The notes under the pieces: model-generated
Databases searched by the model: none
Seen by the model: the letters and a program-made list of their open reading frames with translations, nothing else
What the model was told of the DNA's origin: nothing
In this document: positions 9,132-19,195 of the stretch, one piece after another
Layout: every line of letters begins with the position of its first letter
Numbering within the stretch: position 1 is the first letter of the stretch
Position numbers and translations under genes: made by a program
Origin: Mycobacterium leprae TN
GTDB taxonomy: Bacteria; Actinomycetota; Actinomycetes; Mycobacteriales; Mycobacteriaceae
Assembly (NCBI RefSeq): GCF_000195855.1
Contig: NC_002677.1
Coordinates: 3,090,001 to 3,122,000, forward strand
DNA: 32,000 bases
Direction: 5' to 3'

Positions 9132-10675
9132 CTCCCCTCATCAGACGGCAACTGGTCCTGTTCGCCATCCTGACCGTCATTTCGTTGACTGTCCTGGGCG
9201 TGTATTACTTGCAGATTCCAAGTTTGGTGGGTATCGGTCGGTATTCGCTGAAGGCGGAGTTGTCCGCAACAGGCGGGCTGTATCCGACGGCCAACGTGAC
9301 CTACCGCGGCATAGCTATCGGCAAAGTCACCGATGTCGAGCCGACCGCAACGGGTGCCGAAGCGACAATGAGTATCGACAGTCGCTATAAGATCCCGATT
9401 GATTCGGCAGCGAATGTGCACTCGGTTTCGGCGGTTGGTGAACAGTACCTGGACCTGGTGTCGAGCGGGAACCCCGGCAAGTACTTGGCACCCGGACAAA
9501 CCATCACCAAGAGCAAAATACCCATTGAGATCGGGCCGGCACTGGACTCCGTTAACCGAGGGCTTGCCGCGTTGCCGAAGGAAAAGATCGGCTCGCTACT
9601 CGACGAGACAGCGCAAGCAGTCGGTGGGTTGGGTCCGGCTCTGCAACGGTTAGTTAGTTCCACTCAGGCGATTGTTGACGCTTTTAAGACCAACATCACC
9701 GACGTCAACGACATCATCCAAAACTCTGGGCCGATCCTGGATAGCCAAGTCAAATCCGACAATGCGATTGAGCGTTGGGTGCACAACCTGAATGTCCTGG
9801 CAGCGCAGTCCGCACGACAAGATCAGCATTTGAAAAGTATTCTGTCCCAAGCGGCGCCGACCGCCGATGAGGTCAACACGGTATTTAGTGACGTACGAGA
9901 TTCACTTCCACAGACGCTGGCGAACTTCGAAATCCTGATCGACATGCTCAAGCGCTACCACCATGGTGTGGAGCAAATGCTGGTGTTTCTGCCGCAGGGG
10001 GCTTCAATTGCGCAGACGGCGTCAGCGACGTTCCCGAATATGGCCGCGCTTGATCTGGCGTTGTCGATCAACCAGCCGCCGCCTTGTCTAACTGGCTTCA
10101 TTCCAGCAGCGGAGTGGCGCTCGCCGGCGGACACCAGCCTGCAGCCGTTGCCGGTCGGTACGTACTGCAAGATCCCGATGGACACGCCGGCTAACAGCGT
10201 GCGCGGATCGCGAAACATTCCGTGCGTCGATGTCCCCGGCAAGCGGGCTGCCTCGCCACGGGAATGCCGCGACTCTAAACCGTATGTTCCGCTAGGGACC
10301 AATCCCTGGTTCGGCGACCCGAACCAGCTCCTAACCTGTCCGGCGCCCGGCGCCCGCTGCGATCAGCCGGTCAAGCCAGGCTTGGTGATTCCGGCGCCGA
10401 CGGTTGACAACGGCCTGAACCCGGCGCCCGCTGACCGGCTGCCGGGGACACCACCGCCGGTTAGCGACCCTTTGTCGCAGCCACGATCCGGTAGCGTACA
10501 GTGCAACGGACAGCAACCCAACACGTGTGTCTACACTCCGAGTGGGCCTCCTTCGGCTGTGTACAGTCCCCAAAGCGGTGAACTGGTAGGGCCCGACGGA
10601 GTGGCATATGCTGTCGAAAACTCGACTAAAACAGGAGATGACGGATGGAAGGAGATGCTGGCACCAGCTGGCTGA
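9125..10675 (+). CDS. mce1F: Mce1F MCE-domain protein
   Basis: 516 aa. ATG overlaps the lprK stop by 7 nt. TM helix plus MCE domain (..VTYRGIAIGKV..). Cys/Pro-rich C-terminal region. Confidence 0.95.
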   Translation: MLTPLIRRQLVLFAILTVISLTVLGVYYLQIPSLVGIGRYSLKAELSATGGLYPTANVTYRGIAIGKVTDVEPTATGAEATMSIDSRYKIPIDSAANVHSVSAVGEQYLDLVSSGNPGKYLAPGQTITKSKIPIEIGPALDSVNRGLAALPKEKIGSLLDETAQAVGGLGPALQRLVSSTQAIVDAFKTNITDVNDIIQNSGPILDSQVKSDNAIERWVHNLNVLAAQSARQDQHLKSILSQAAPTADEVNTVFSDVRDSLPQTLANFEILIDMLKRYHHGVEQMLVFLPQGASIAQTASATFPNMAALDLALSINQPPPCLTGFIPAAEWRSPADTSLQPLPVGTYCKIPMDTPANSVRGSRNIPCVDVPGKRAASPRECRDSKPYVPLGTNPWFGDPNQLLTCPAPGARCDQPVKPGLVIPAPTVDNGLNPAPADRLPGTPPPVSDPLSQPRSGSVQCNGQQPNTCVYTPSGPPSAVYSPQSGELVGPDGVAYAVENSTKTGDDGWKEMLAPAG

Positions 10676-10807
10676 ACCTCCACCGATGTTGATGCTTCGT
10701 CGTTTGCAAATACTTTCCCGGAGATCCGGGCAGAAAATTCGACAGGACTCCCAGCTCGGGGCCGGCCAAGCCGGCCCGAGCTGACCCTCGAAGAGGGCAT
10801 CGAAGAG

Positions 10808-11356
10808 TTGCCAGAATCGCAAGTGGCAGCCGACGATTCCGGTGTCACGCTCAACCGGTCGCGTCTGGGTCGCGGGTGGCTTACTGGTATCGCTGTAGCG
10901 CTTCTCCTGGCCGGCTGCGGCATAGGGACCGGCGGCTACTGCATGCTACGTTACCACCAGGACAGCCAAGCGATGGCACGCAACGACAACGCTGCGCTGA
11001 AAACGGCGCTGGATTGTGTTGCGGCAACGCAGGCTCCGGACACCAATACGATGGCGGCGAGTGAACAGAAAATCATCGACTGCGGTACTGATGCTTTCCA
11101 CGCCCAAGCTTTGCTGTACACAAACATGCTCGTTCAAGCGTATCAGGCTGCGAACGTACACGTTCAGGTGTCCGATATGAGAGCAGCGGTTGAGCGCCAC
11201 AACAACGACGGTTCCATCGATGTGCTCGTGGCACTTCGCGTCAAGTTGTCTAACGATCGTGCGCACAACCAAGAAACCGGTTATCGCCTGCGGGTGAAAA
11301 TGGCTCTCGCTGAGGGCCAGTACAAGATTTCCAAGCTAGACCAGGTGACCAAGTGA
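10808..11356 (+). CDS. mam1A: Mce-associated membrane protein (Rv0175-like)
   Basis: 182 aa from TTG 10808. Single TM helix (WLTGIAVALLLAGCGIGTGGYCML) plus a ~130-aa C-terminal domain, the same architecture as the next three genes. It sits immediately after mce1F as in the Rv0175-Rv0178 block. The start is uncertain (see finding). Confidence 0.75.
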   Translation: MPESQVAADDSGVTLNRSRLGRGWLTGIAVALLLAGCGIGTGGYCMLRYHQDSQAMARNDNAALKTALDCVAATQAPDTNTMAASEQKIIDCGTDAFHAQALLYTNMLVQAYQAANVHVQVSDMRAAVERHNNDGSIDVLVALRVKLSNDRAHNQETGYRLRVKMALAEGQYKISKLDQVTK

Positions 11357-12330
11357 CAGTGGTGGTCGCGAAGAGTCAGACCGCCGCGGTCATCCCGGAG
11401 CCATTGTCGAATCGCCTGGCGCCATGGCATCTTCGGTTGGTTGCATTAGCTGTTGATGTTCTGCCGGGTCTCGTTGCGGTGTCAACGATGACGTTGGTCG
11501 TTTTCACTGTCCCACTGCGCAGCGCGTGGTGGTGGTTGTGTATGGCAGTTGGCGGCATCGTTATCCTGTCGATGTTGGTCAACCGGTTGCTATTGCCGAC
11601 AATCATCGGTTGGAGCTTGGGACGTGCCCTGTGTGGCATCTCGGTGATAATGCGCGACGGGGTAGCCATCGGGCCGTGGCGGCTGTTGCTGCGGGATCTG
11701 ACTCACCTGCTCGACACGGCCGCGGTGTTCGCGGGCTGGCTCTGGCCACTGTGGGATTCACGCCGTCGCACCTTTGCTGATATACTGTTGCGGACCGAAG
11801 TGCGTTGTGTCCAAGCGGTCGAGCGACAGCGCACCATACGGTGGTGGGCCTCAGTGGCACTGCTGACCGCGGCAGGTGTGTCCTTGGGTGGTGCATCAGT
11901 GAGCTGGGCGGTGGTGTACTCACACGATCGGGCGATCGACCAAACTCGCTCCGAAATTGCGATTCAGGGGCCGAAGATGGTCGCGCAGATGCTGACCTAC
12001 AATCCAAAGTCACTACGCGACGATTTCACACACGCCCAATCCCTGGCTAGTGACAAATATCGGCGCCAGCTGGCCGCGCAACAGGACGTAGTGAAGAAGG
12101 GGCACCCAGTCATCAACGAGTATTGGCCGACAGCTGGTGCGATACAGTCGGCCACGCGGGACCGTGCGACGATGCTGTTGTTTATGCAAGGCCGGCGCGG
12201 CGCGGCGCCCGGCGAACGCTACATCAGTGCAACCGTTCGGGTGAGTTTCGCTAAAGGCGAGCATAACCATTGGCTCGTTGACGACCTCACCGTGTTGACC
12301 AAACCGAAAACGACCGGTAATGGAAGATGA
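11353..12330 (+). CDS. mam1B: Mce-associated membrane protein with RDD-like N-terminal membrane domain (Rv0176-like)
   Basis: 325 aa. GTGA overlap with the upstream gene. The N-terminal half has several TM helices with an R..D..D-type pattern (HLRLVALAVDVLPG.., ..LLRDLTHLLD). The C-terminal domain resembles the neighbouring Mam proteins. Confidence 0.85.
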   Translation: MTVVVAKSQTAAVIPEPLSNRLAPWHLRLVALAVDVLPGLVAVSTMTLVVFTVPLRSAWWWLCMAVGGIVILSMLVNRLLLPTIIGWSLGRALCGISVIMRDGVAIGPWRLLLRDLTHLLDTAAVFAGWLWPLWDSRRRTFADILLRTEVRCVQAVERQRTIRWWASVALLTAAGVSLGGASVSWAVVYSHDRAIDQTRSEIAIQGPKMVAQMLTYNPKSLRDDFTHAQSLASDKYRRQLAAQQDVVKKGHPVINEYWPTAGAIQSATRDRATMLLFMQGRRGAAPGERYISATVRVSFAKGEHNHWLVDDLTVLTKPKTTGNGR

Positions 12331-12881
12331 GTCCCCGCCGCAAGTTTCAAGCCGGCGAGGGATTACTGCTTGTCTCGCACACGGTGGCGTCGCAGCGACG
12401 ATGGGGGTTACCGCTTGCTGCTACGTTTGCCGCGTTGGTCATGGTAGCGGCAATCACGGCATCCACCTTGATGTCGATCTCCCATGCATCCCGTGAACTT
12501 GCTGTGGCAAAAGACCAGCAGGTGCTCAGCTACGTGAAATGGTTCATGACGCAGTTCACGACCCTTGATCCGTATCACGCTAATGACTATGTAGCGCGGA
12601 TATTGGCGCAAGCGACCGGTGACTTCGCTAAGCAGTACAACGAGAAGGTGAACGAGATCCTCCTCCAGGTCGCTCAAGCTGAACCTGCCACTGGCACCGT
12701 GCTCGACGCCGGTGTGGAAAGGTGGAACGACGATGGCAGCGCCAATGTGTTGGTGGCCACTGAAGTCACCTCCAAGTATCCGGATGAAAAACAGGTGTTA
12801 GAGAACACAAATCGTTGGACAGCAACCGCGACTCGGGAAGGCAATCAGTGGAAGATCAGCAACCTGTTGCAGGTGATCTGA
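12327..12881 (+). CDS. mam1C: Mce-associated membrane protein (Rv0177-like)
   Basis: 184 aa. ATGA overlap with mam1B. One TM helix (LPLAATFAALVMVAAITASTLM) plus a Mam-type C-terminal domain ending ..GNQWKISNLLQVI (compare ..GQYKISKLDQVTK in mam1A). Confidence 0.85.
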   Translation: MSPRRKFQAGEGLLLVSHTVASQRRWGLPLAATFAALVMVAAITASTLMSISHASRELAVAKDQQVLSYVKWFMTQFTTLDPYHANDYVARILAQATGDFAKQYNEKVNEILLQVAQAEPATGTVLDAGVERWNDDGSANVLVATEVTSKYPDEKQVLENTNRWTATATREGNQWKISNLLQVI

Positions 12882-13525
12882 CCTCCGGAGCTGGAATCTC
12901 CTCCAAGGAGATCGCTTGTCCGGCAGTAGAACAGGCAGACGGTTACATTGAGAACAAAGAGGAGACACTTGTGGCAGCCGCTGAAGGCGGTGGTTCCTGG
13001 AGGAATCGACGAGCCGGTCAGAGGACGGCTATCGCCGTCGTGGTTGCCGCGGTGCTATTCGTTGGTTCCGCAGCGTTTGCGGGCGCGGCCGTGCAGCCCT
13101 ACCTGGCTGATCGCGCTACCGTCGCAGTCAAGCTCGAAGTGGCGCGGACAGCGGCTAACGCGATCACGGTTCTGTGGACTTATACCCCGGAGAACATGGA
13201 CACTCTAGCTGACCGTGCGGCGACCTACCTCAGCGGCGATTTTGGGGCCCAGTACCGCAAATTCGTCGATGCTATCGTCGGCCCCAACAAACAGGCCAAG
13301 ATAACCAACAGCACTGAAGTCACTGGCGTGGCAGTCGAATCGCTGGATGCTTCGAATGCCATCGCTATTGTGTATACCAACACCACATCCACCAGCCCGC
13401 TGACCAAAAACATTCCGGCACTTAAATATCTGTCCTACCGGTTGTTTATGAAACGTAGTGCTGTCCGCTGGTTGGTGACCAGAATGACGACCATCACTTC
13501 ACTGGATTTGACGCCGCAGCTATAG
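12815..13525 (+). CDS. mam1D: Mce-associated membrane protein (Rv0178-like)
   Basis: The ORF is open from TTG 12815, which would overlap mam1C by 67 nt. An alternative GTG at 12971 is preceded by GAGGAG (12957-12962) and would give 184 aa. TM helix (IAVVVAAVLFVGSAAFAGAAV) plus a Mam-type domain. The stop coordinate is firm and the start is uncertain. Confidence 0.8.
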   Translation: MDSNRDSGRQSVEDQQPVAGDLTSGAGISSKEIACPAVEQADGYIENKEETLVAAAEGGGSWRNRRAGQRTAIAVVVAAVLFVGSAAFAGAAVQPYLADRATVAVKLEVARTAANAITVLWTYTPENMDTLADRAATYLSGDFGAQYRKFVDAIVGPNKQAKITNSTEVTGVAVESLDASNAIAIVYTNTTSTSPLTKNIPALKYLSYRLFMKRSAVRWLVTRMTTITSLDLTPQL

Positions 13526-13559
13526 CAGTCACGCTGCCCGGAAAAGCAGTACAGCTGAA

Positions 13560-14650
13560 GATGGCTGTGGCTATTTGACGACTAGTCGAATACGTTACAG
13601 CTAGGAAGCGCTCGCTCGTGCGAGTCGCATAGCAGCATCTATTGGGTGGAGCATGATCACTTTGGTGAACTGACGCCGGCCCACATACCCCAGCCTCTGA
13701 TCATAGCACAACGGCTTATGAGCTATTGCCGTCGAGCAAGACTGCAGTATCTGCCGCCAAGGTCAGGAAACAGGTCCTGCATATTGTCTAGCGGGTAGTT
13801 GCCGCTCTCGAATATGTACTATTTCGTCTTTTTGCTTTGCGTAGGCAAGAGCCGTTCGCACCACATTGGAGCCAACCGGCATTATCAGGAGACAACAGTC
13901 CGACCCCGGCGCATGGCGACGAACTTTTCGTTCTTATTGAATTAGGTGCTTGGAGCACTGGGGTGGTGACATCATAGTCGTTCTTGACGCTGGGCCCCAC
14001 CGCATACGGCGCACCACACTATGGCAGGATCATTATTGTCAGCGCGTTCCAGCTCTCACTCCAAACCGACCGGGCTGTGAGTCGTTGTGTCCACGAAGGG
14101 GGCACCTAACGGTGAACTCTGCTAGCTAGTCTGTATGCCGTGGAACAGCACCTCTGCGGGTGTACGTAGAAAAAAATTGGCGGTAATCGAGAATGTCGGT
14201 TGCCTCATTCGCCTACCACGCCTGCAGGAGTCGCTCGTTAGTGCGGCTCCAAGGGTTGGTTTCGCAGCGCCTCTGGCTACCTTGTTGTGTATCTACCAGT
14301 CGGTGAGATGAAAGCCCGCTACACCGAATTCTTGATGATAATCAAGTGGACCACCATTGTTCATCTCGTGCCAGCCACCACCGGCGTTGAGCATCGGTGT
14401 GGGGTAACCGGAGCCGGAAACTGTAAACCTAGAGGTACGAGCTTTGTGTTGTTGATGGCGTTGGAGCTCATCTCGTGCTCGTCTGCAGTCTGCATGATAA
14501 GTTATCCTAGAGTGTTGGTCAGGGCCACGAAAGCAAGTATGTGCGGATGCCGCATCATCGACTTGTCATGCGTCAGTTGGAGTGAGCACGATAATTTTTT
14601 CGGCCCTGATGCGAATACGACATACACAACATCAGGCACACAAGTCGCAC
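13560..14650 (-). pseudogene. Decayed region in the position of lprO (Rv0179c); identity not verified
   Basis: There is no long ORF on either strand. A minus-strand fragment reads FTVSGSGYPTPMLNAGGGWHEMNNGGPLDYHQEFGVAGFHLTDW then stops (ends at 14293). Assignment to lprO rests on synteny only (downstream of the Rv0180c-like gene). Confidence 0.3.
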
Positions 14651-14659
14651 TGTATAGTT

Positions 14660-16057
14660 TTAAATAACAGGCAGATGACACTTCGGCTGCGTTGGAATTA
14701 CGTTTGGTCGCTTGCCACTTTTGTTTGGTCTTAAGCGCGCTTGGTGTTGCGCTTGGTGCCATTCGGCGATCGCCATCCCGACTGCCCCTGGAATCCGGTG
14801 GCAGCCCCCACGGTCGTAGATGCGCGTAACGACACCACCCAACAACAGCCCAATGGCCATGCCTAGAGCCGTCATGAACAATGCTTGCGACATACCGGAA
14901 TCCGCATGACCCTTGAGATACAGCAGCGACCGAACGCCAAGAAACAACTGGTGCAGCGGCTCGAATTCAGACAGCCAGCGAAAGAACGGCGGTACCGCCT
15001 CCAGCGGAACCGTGGCGCCTGCCGACGGTAATCCGAGAATCATGAAGATAAACATGCTGACCAGCAGACCCATCGAGCCCAGCCCCGCGATCAGCGAGCT
15101 GGACGTGATACCCACCGCGCTGATTGCAAATACCCCGTAGAGCCACAATTGCCAGCCGAGCGGAATGGGCATGCCAAGTCCGTGGGCGATGGCCAAGTAG
15201 ACCGCCGATGTGATCAGGGCCAGCACCACCATCAGACCCCATTTTACTACCAGTGTGTGGAAGCGAGAGATATTGATCTGCTCGGCGTAGTGATACACCG
15301 GTCCAACCTCGGTCGGTATGTAGCCAAGCATTGAGTCTACCAGCGTGCTGACCACAATGCTGCCGGTAAAACCTGTTAGCAGCAGCAAAAGGGCGTAGTA
15401 GAAAGCCGATAGGCCGTTGCCAGTGCCATTTGGCAACGGGTTGTAAATGGCTAATTTGATATCGATTGGACTGGTCAGACCTAGTGCCGCCGCTCCGGTC
15501 AGGTGTGCCCCGCCGGTTTGAGCTGCTACCTCAGCTGTAAGTCGTTGGCCCGCTTTGCTATTCACCATAGTAATCGCCTGGGTAAGAGTCTGTCCGGCGA
15601 TACTAGATCCCAGCGCGCCTGCACGTGGGTTGGTTGAGACCATGATTACCGGCCTATCTGCATGGGTGGGCAGAACCGCGCTGGTCCCGAAATCCCGCAG
15701 CTGAGATGAAAAGCTCGGCGGTATGACCGCCGAGCCATACACCCCAGCGCTGTCCAGCAGCTGCTGTGCTTCTCGACAGGAAACCACGCGGACGTCGAAC
15801 TTGTTCTTATCCAATCCGGCTAGCAGGCCCTCGACAATCTGTGCACCCGCTGGCCCGGCATCCTCATTCACCACAGCGAGGGGGAAATGCTGCAGGTTGG
15901 TTGTCGGATTCAAGATTCCGCCCAGATACAGCGCAGCCAGTGCCGACATGAGCGACAACGTGATGACGATCGGTGACGCCCAGAACCGCACAGTCCGTAT
16001 CGCTTTTGCATCACGGGTAGGTGCGAACGGGGCGTGTCGTGGCTGCGGTTGAGACAT
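14660..16057 (-). CDS. Conserved polytopic membrane protein (Rv0180c-like; YhgE/Pip- or DUF3533-type architecture)
   Basis: The ORF is open to 16108, but ATG 16057 has AGGAG (complement of 16063-16067) 5 nt upstream, giving 465 aa. N-terminal TM helix, large soluble domain, then about 5-6 C-terminal TM helices. Position matches Rv0180c. Confidence 0.85.
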   Translation of the reverse strand: MSQPQPRHAPFAPTRDAKAIRTVRFWASPIVITLSLMSALAALYLGGILNPTTNLQHFPLAVVNEDAGPAGAQIVEGLLAGLDKNKFDVRVVSCREAQQLLDSAGVYGSAVIPPSFSSQLRDFGTSAVLPTHADRPVIMVSTNPRAGALGSSIAGQTLTQAITMVNSKAGQRLTAEVAAQTGGAHLTGAAALGLTSPIDIKLAIYNPLPNGTGNGLSAFYYALLLLLTGFTGSIVVSTLVDSMLGYIPTEVGPVYHYAEQINISRFHTLVVKWGLMVVLALITSAVYLAIAHGLGMPIPLGWQLWLYGVFAISAVGITSSSLIAGLGSMGLLVSMFIFMILGLPSAGATVPLEAVPPFFRWLSEFEPLHQLFLGVRSLLYLKGHADSGMSQALFMTALGMAIGLLLGGVVTRIYDRGGCHRIPGAVGMAIAEWHQAQHQARLRPNKSGKRPNVIPTQPKCHLPVI

Positions 16058-16099
16058 GCGGGCTCCTGTCTGTAGTGCCCTAACTCTATGTTGCCGGCA

Positions 16100-16126
16100 T
16101 TGCCACACCTAAAGATGGTGTGGCAA
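16100..16126. promoter_or_regulatory. Perfect 10-bp inverted repeat TTGCCACACC-N7-GGTGTGGCAA upstream of the Rv0180c-like gene
   Basis: Read directly from the sequence. It lies 43-70 nt upstream of ATG 16057 and could be an operator or a 5'UTR/terminator hairpin. Function unknown. Confidence 0.25.
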
Positions 16127-16172
16127 GCTTTTGTCGCCTAACTGTGCATGGCCTCTCCGAGATCACCACCTA

Positions 16173-17300
16173 TCACGACGCGTTACCCGTCGCTCGTCGG
16201 CGCCGGTAAACCGGTCTGCGTCGCCCTTCTCTAGGTCGCCAAAACCTTCCGGGGTGATTCGGCCGTGCTGGAGGTATTTGAGCTGCGGGTAGGGGCCTCC
16301 GACCGGCGCACCGCGTCGCCAGGCAATAGTTGACCGCTGTGCAGCGCCGCGTTGCGACTGTTCGGGGAAATGGCGGCATCAAGCCCGGGTATACCCCGAA
16401 GCATGCGCTCTTCAGGTTGCAGCTCAACAATTCCTCGTCAATTTCGTGCTGCTGGTAGTTGGGTGAGTGGACGGTCTCATCGAGGGTGACTTATATCTGC
16501 GCAAAAAAACTGACTTCGTTGCAGAATCGTTCTTCTTCGAATACAGAAGTCCAAGGGTCGCCTGCCTTACCGGTGGAATCCTAGTTGCGTTAATTCACCT
16601 TGCAATACTCAGATGGTGATCTCCATGCTGCGGTGTGAGTGCGTATTCAGACCAGTACCCTATACCACTAGGCCGTCGTTGTTCACCAACAAGAGCCCAT
16701 GGTGGGTATTGTCCGGATTGTAGTGGCGGCCAAACGAGGACGAACTCCCGGAATTGAATCAAGGTGTCGTGGTGACGGTGGATCGCGCCCAGCAGCAACC
16801 AGCAGTACATAAAATTTCATGTCGCAGAATCTGTTTAGAACCCATAGGTGACCGAATGCAATGCAACACACAGAGTTACCTGGAGCTGGCCAGCTCGAAT
16901 TTCACAAACAAGATGTCGTCAAGAAACGTCACTACATTACCGCCACCGTGTTTAGAGCACGTGCAAACTTTACGGGGTGGAGTACCTCACTTGCCCACAT
17001 ATACATTGCTGTGGCCGGCTGACTGTTAATGGACGACAGTAGCGGTCATATATCATCAGGGTATTCAGCGAGGCATTGCTGGTGAATCAATGCGCCGCTT
17101 CTTGTGACCCTTCATACCAACCGGCGGTCGACGGATACGGAAGCTACGGACGAGACGGTTACGGAGCACTGGGAAGCGTGGTCGCCATACATTTCGGCAA
17201 CGGCCGTTGCTGACGGCCTACCCGGGGAGCTCAGTCAGGTGTTGGTGGAGCTGCGATACAGCCAGGTAGGTATCGACGATTTGCCTTCGAAAGGGGCGTA
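16173..17300 (-). pseudogene. Decayed remnants in the position of Rv0181c (pirin-like) and sigG (Rv0182c)
   Basis: Only short broken ORFs are present. Minus-strand fragments include ..HSPNYQQHEIDE.. (pirin PRYQ-like) and a terminal ..PYPQLKYLQHGRITPEGFGDLEKGDADRF... A weak sigma region-4-like stretch lies near 16900. The assignments partly conflict and rest mainly on synteny. Confidence 0.3.
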
Positions 17301-17512
17301 GCCTTTCCAGGCCTGTGGAAATGTCTGCTGTACCAAGTTCTCTGTATCGTGCAAAGACCAGGGCGCCTGCCGACAGCTGCGTTTCAAGCAGTTGGCTTCG
17401 TTAGGGCTCCACTACGGGTGGCGAAATTTCTTTAGTTGACGGTTGGCGCGTTCGGCATCAGAATTATCGGCGAAAAAACTCACCAACCCGCAAATTTACG
17501 CATGCTGTCTGA

Positions 17513-18385
<873 letters not shown>

Positions 18386-18445
18386 CCGACGTAGTGGCAG
18401 TCACGTACGCAGAAATTGTCATACCACTCCACGTAGTTTGATGTT

Positions 18446-19195
18446 ATGACCGACAACAAAATGCTGGCCCGCATTGCCGCGTTGCTGCGTCAGGCTGAAG
18501 GCACTGACAATGCTCATGAAGCTGACGCGTTTATGGCCACCGCGCAACGGTTGGCGACCGCGGCATCTATCGACTTGGCGGTGGCGCGGTCGCATGTGGC
18601 CAACCGTTCGACTGCACAGGCCCCTACTCAGCGCACTATCACCATCGGTACAGCAGGCACCCGCGGGCTGCGGACGTATGTACAGCTCTTTGTGCTGATC
18701 GCGGCAGCAAACGACGTCCGCTGTGATGTGGCGTCGAATTCGACGTTCCTTTACGCTTACGGGTTCGCCGAGGACATCGACGCCACGCACGCCCTGTATG
18801 CCAGCCTGGTTGTCCAGATGGTGCGGGAGTCGGACGCCTATCTCGCATCGGGCGCGTATCGACCCACGCCGACAATCACCGCTAGACTCAACTTTCAGCT
18901 GGGGTTCGGAATGCGTGTAGGTCAGCGTCTGACCGAGGCTCGCGATCATATCCGGAGTGCTGTGACCGAAGCCTGGGATCGTCCGACTGCAACAGCTATA
19001 GCGTTGCGAGACAAGGAGATTGAGCTGATCGACTACTACCGCAGCGCGTCTAAGGCGCGCGGAACCTGGCAAGCCGCCAGAGCTTCGGCAGGCTATTCGT
19101 CGGCGGCGCGGAACGCGGGCGATCAGGCCGGCCGACGAGCCTGGATAGACAACAGCACTGAGCTGCCCGGAGCGCGGGCCGCGCTGGGTCGATGA
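18446..19195 (+). CDS. DUF2786-type conserved protein (Rv0184-like)
   Basis: 249 aa. The N-terminal helical motif KMLARIAALLRQAEGTDNAHEADAFMATAQRLA is typical of DUF2786. The stop overlaps the next gene's start (ATGA at 19192-19195). Confidence 0.85.
   Translation: MTDNKMLARIAALLRQAEGTDNAHEADAFMATAQRLATAASIDLAVARSHVANRSTAQAPTQRTITIGTAGTRGLRTYVQLFVLIAAANDVRCDVASNSTFLYAYGFAEDIDATHALYASLVVQMVRESDAYLASGAYRPTPTITARLNFQLGFGMRVGQRLTEARDHIRSAVTEAWDRPTATAIALRDKEIELIDYYRSASKARGTWQAARASAGYSSAARNAGDQAGRRAWIDNSTELPGARAALGR

Noticed and set aside
13579-13588. 10-bp palindrome CGACTAGTCG after the mam1D stop
   Set aside because: Spacerless 10-bp palindromes are expected many times by chance in 32 kb, and it has no terminator-like context.
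14287-14667. 126-aa + strand ORF in the lprO-position gap
   Set aside because: It has no RBS and no recognisable domain. It overlaps a better protein-like fragment on the opposite strand and the 3' end of the Rv0180c-like gene, so it is likely spurious.
18419-19072. 217-aa minus-strand ORF antisense to the Rv0184-like gene
   Set aside because: The + strand ORF has a recognisable DUF2786-type N-terminus, correct synteny and coupling to the next gene. The antisense product is Arg/Cys-rich, low-complexity shadow sequence.
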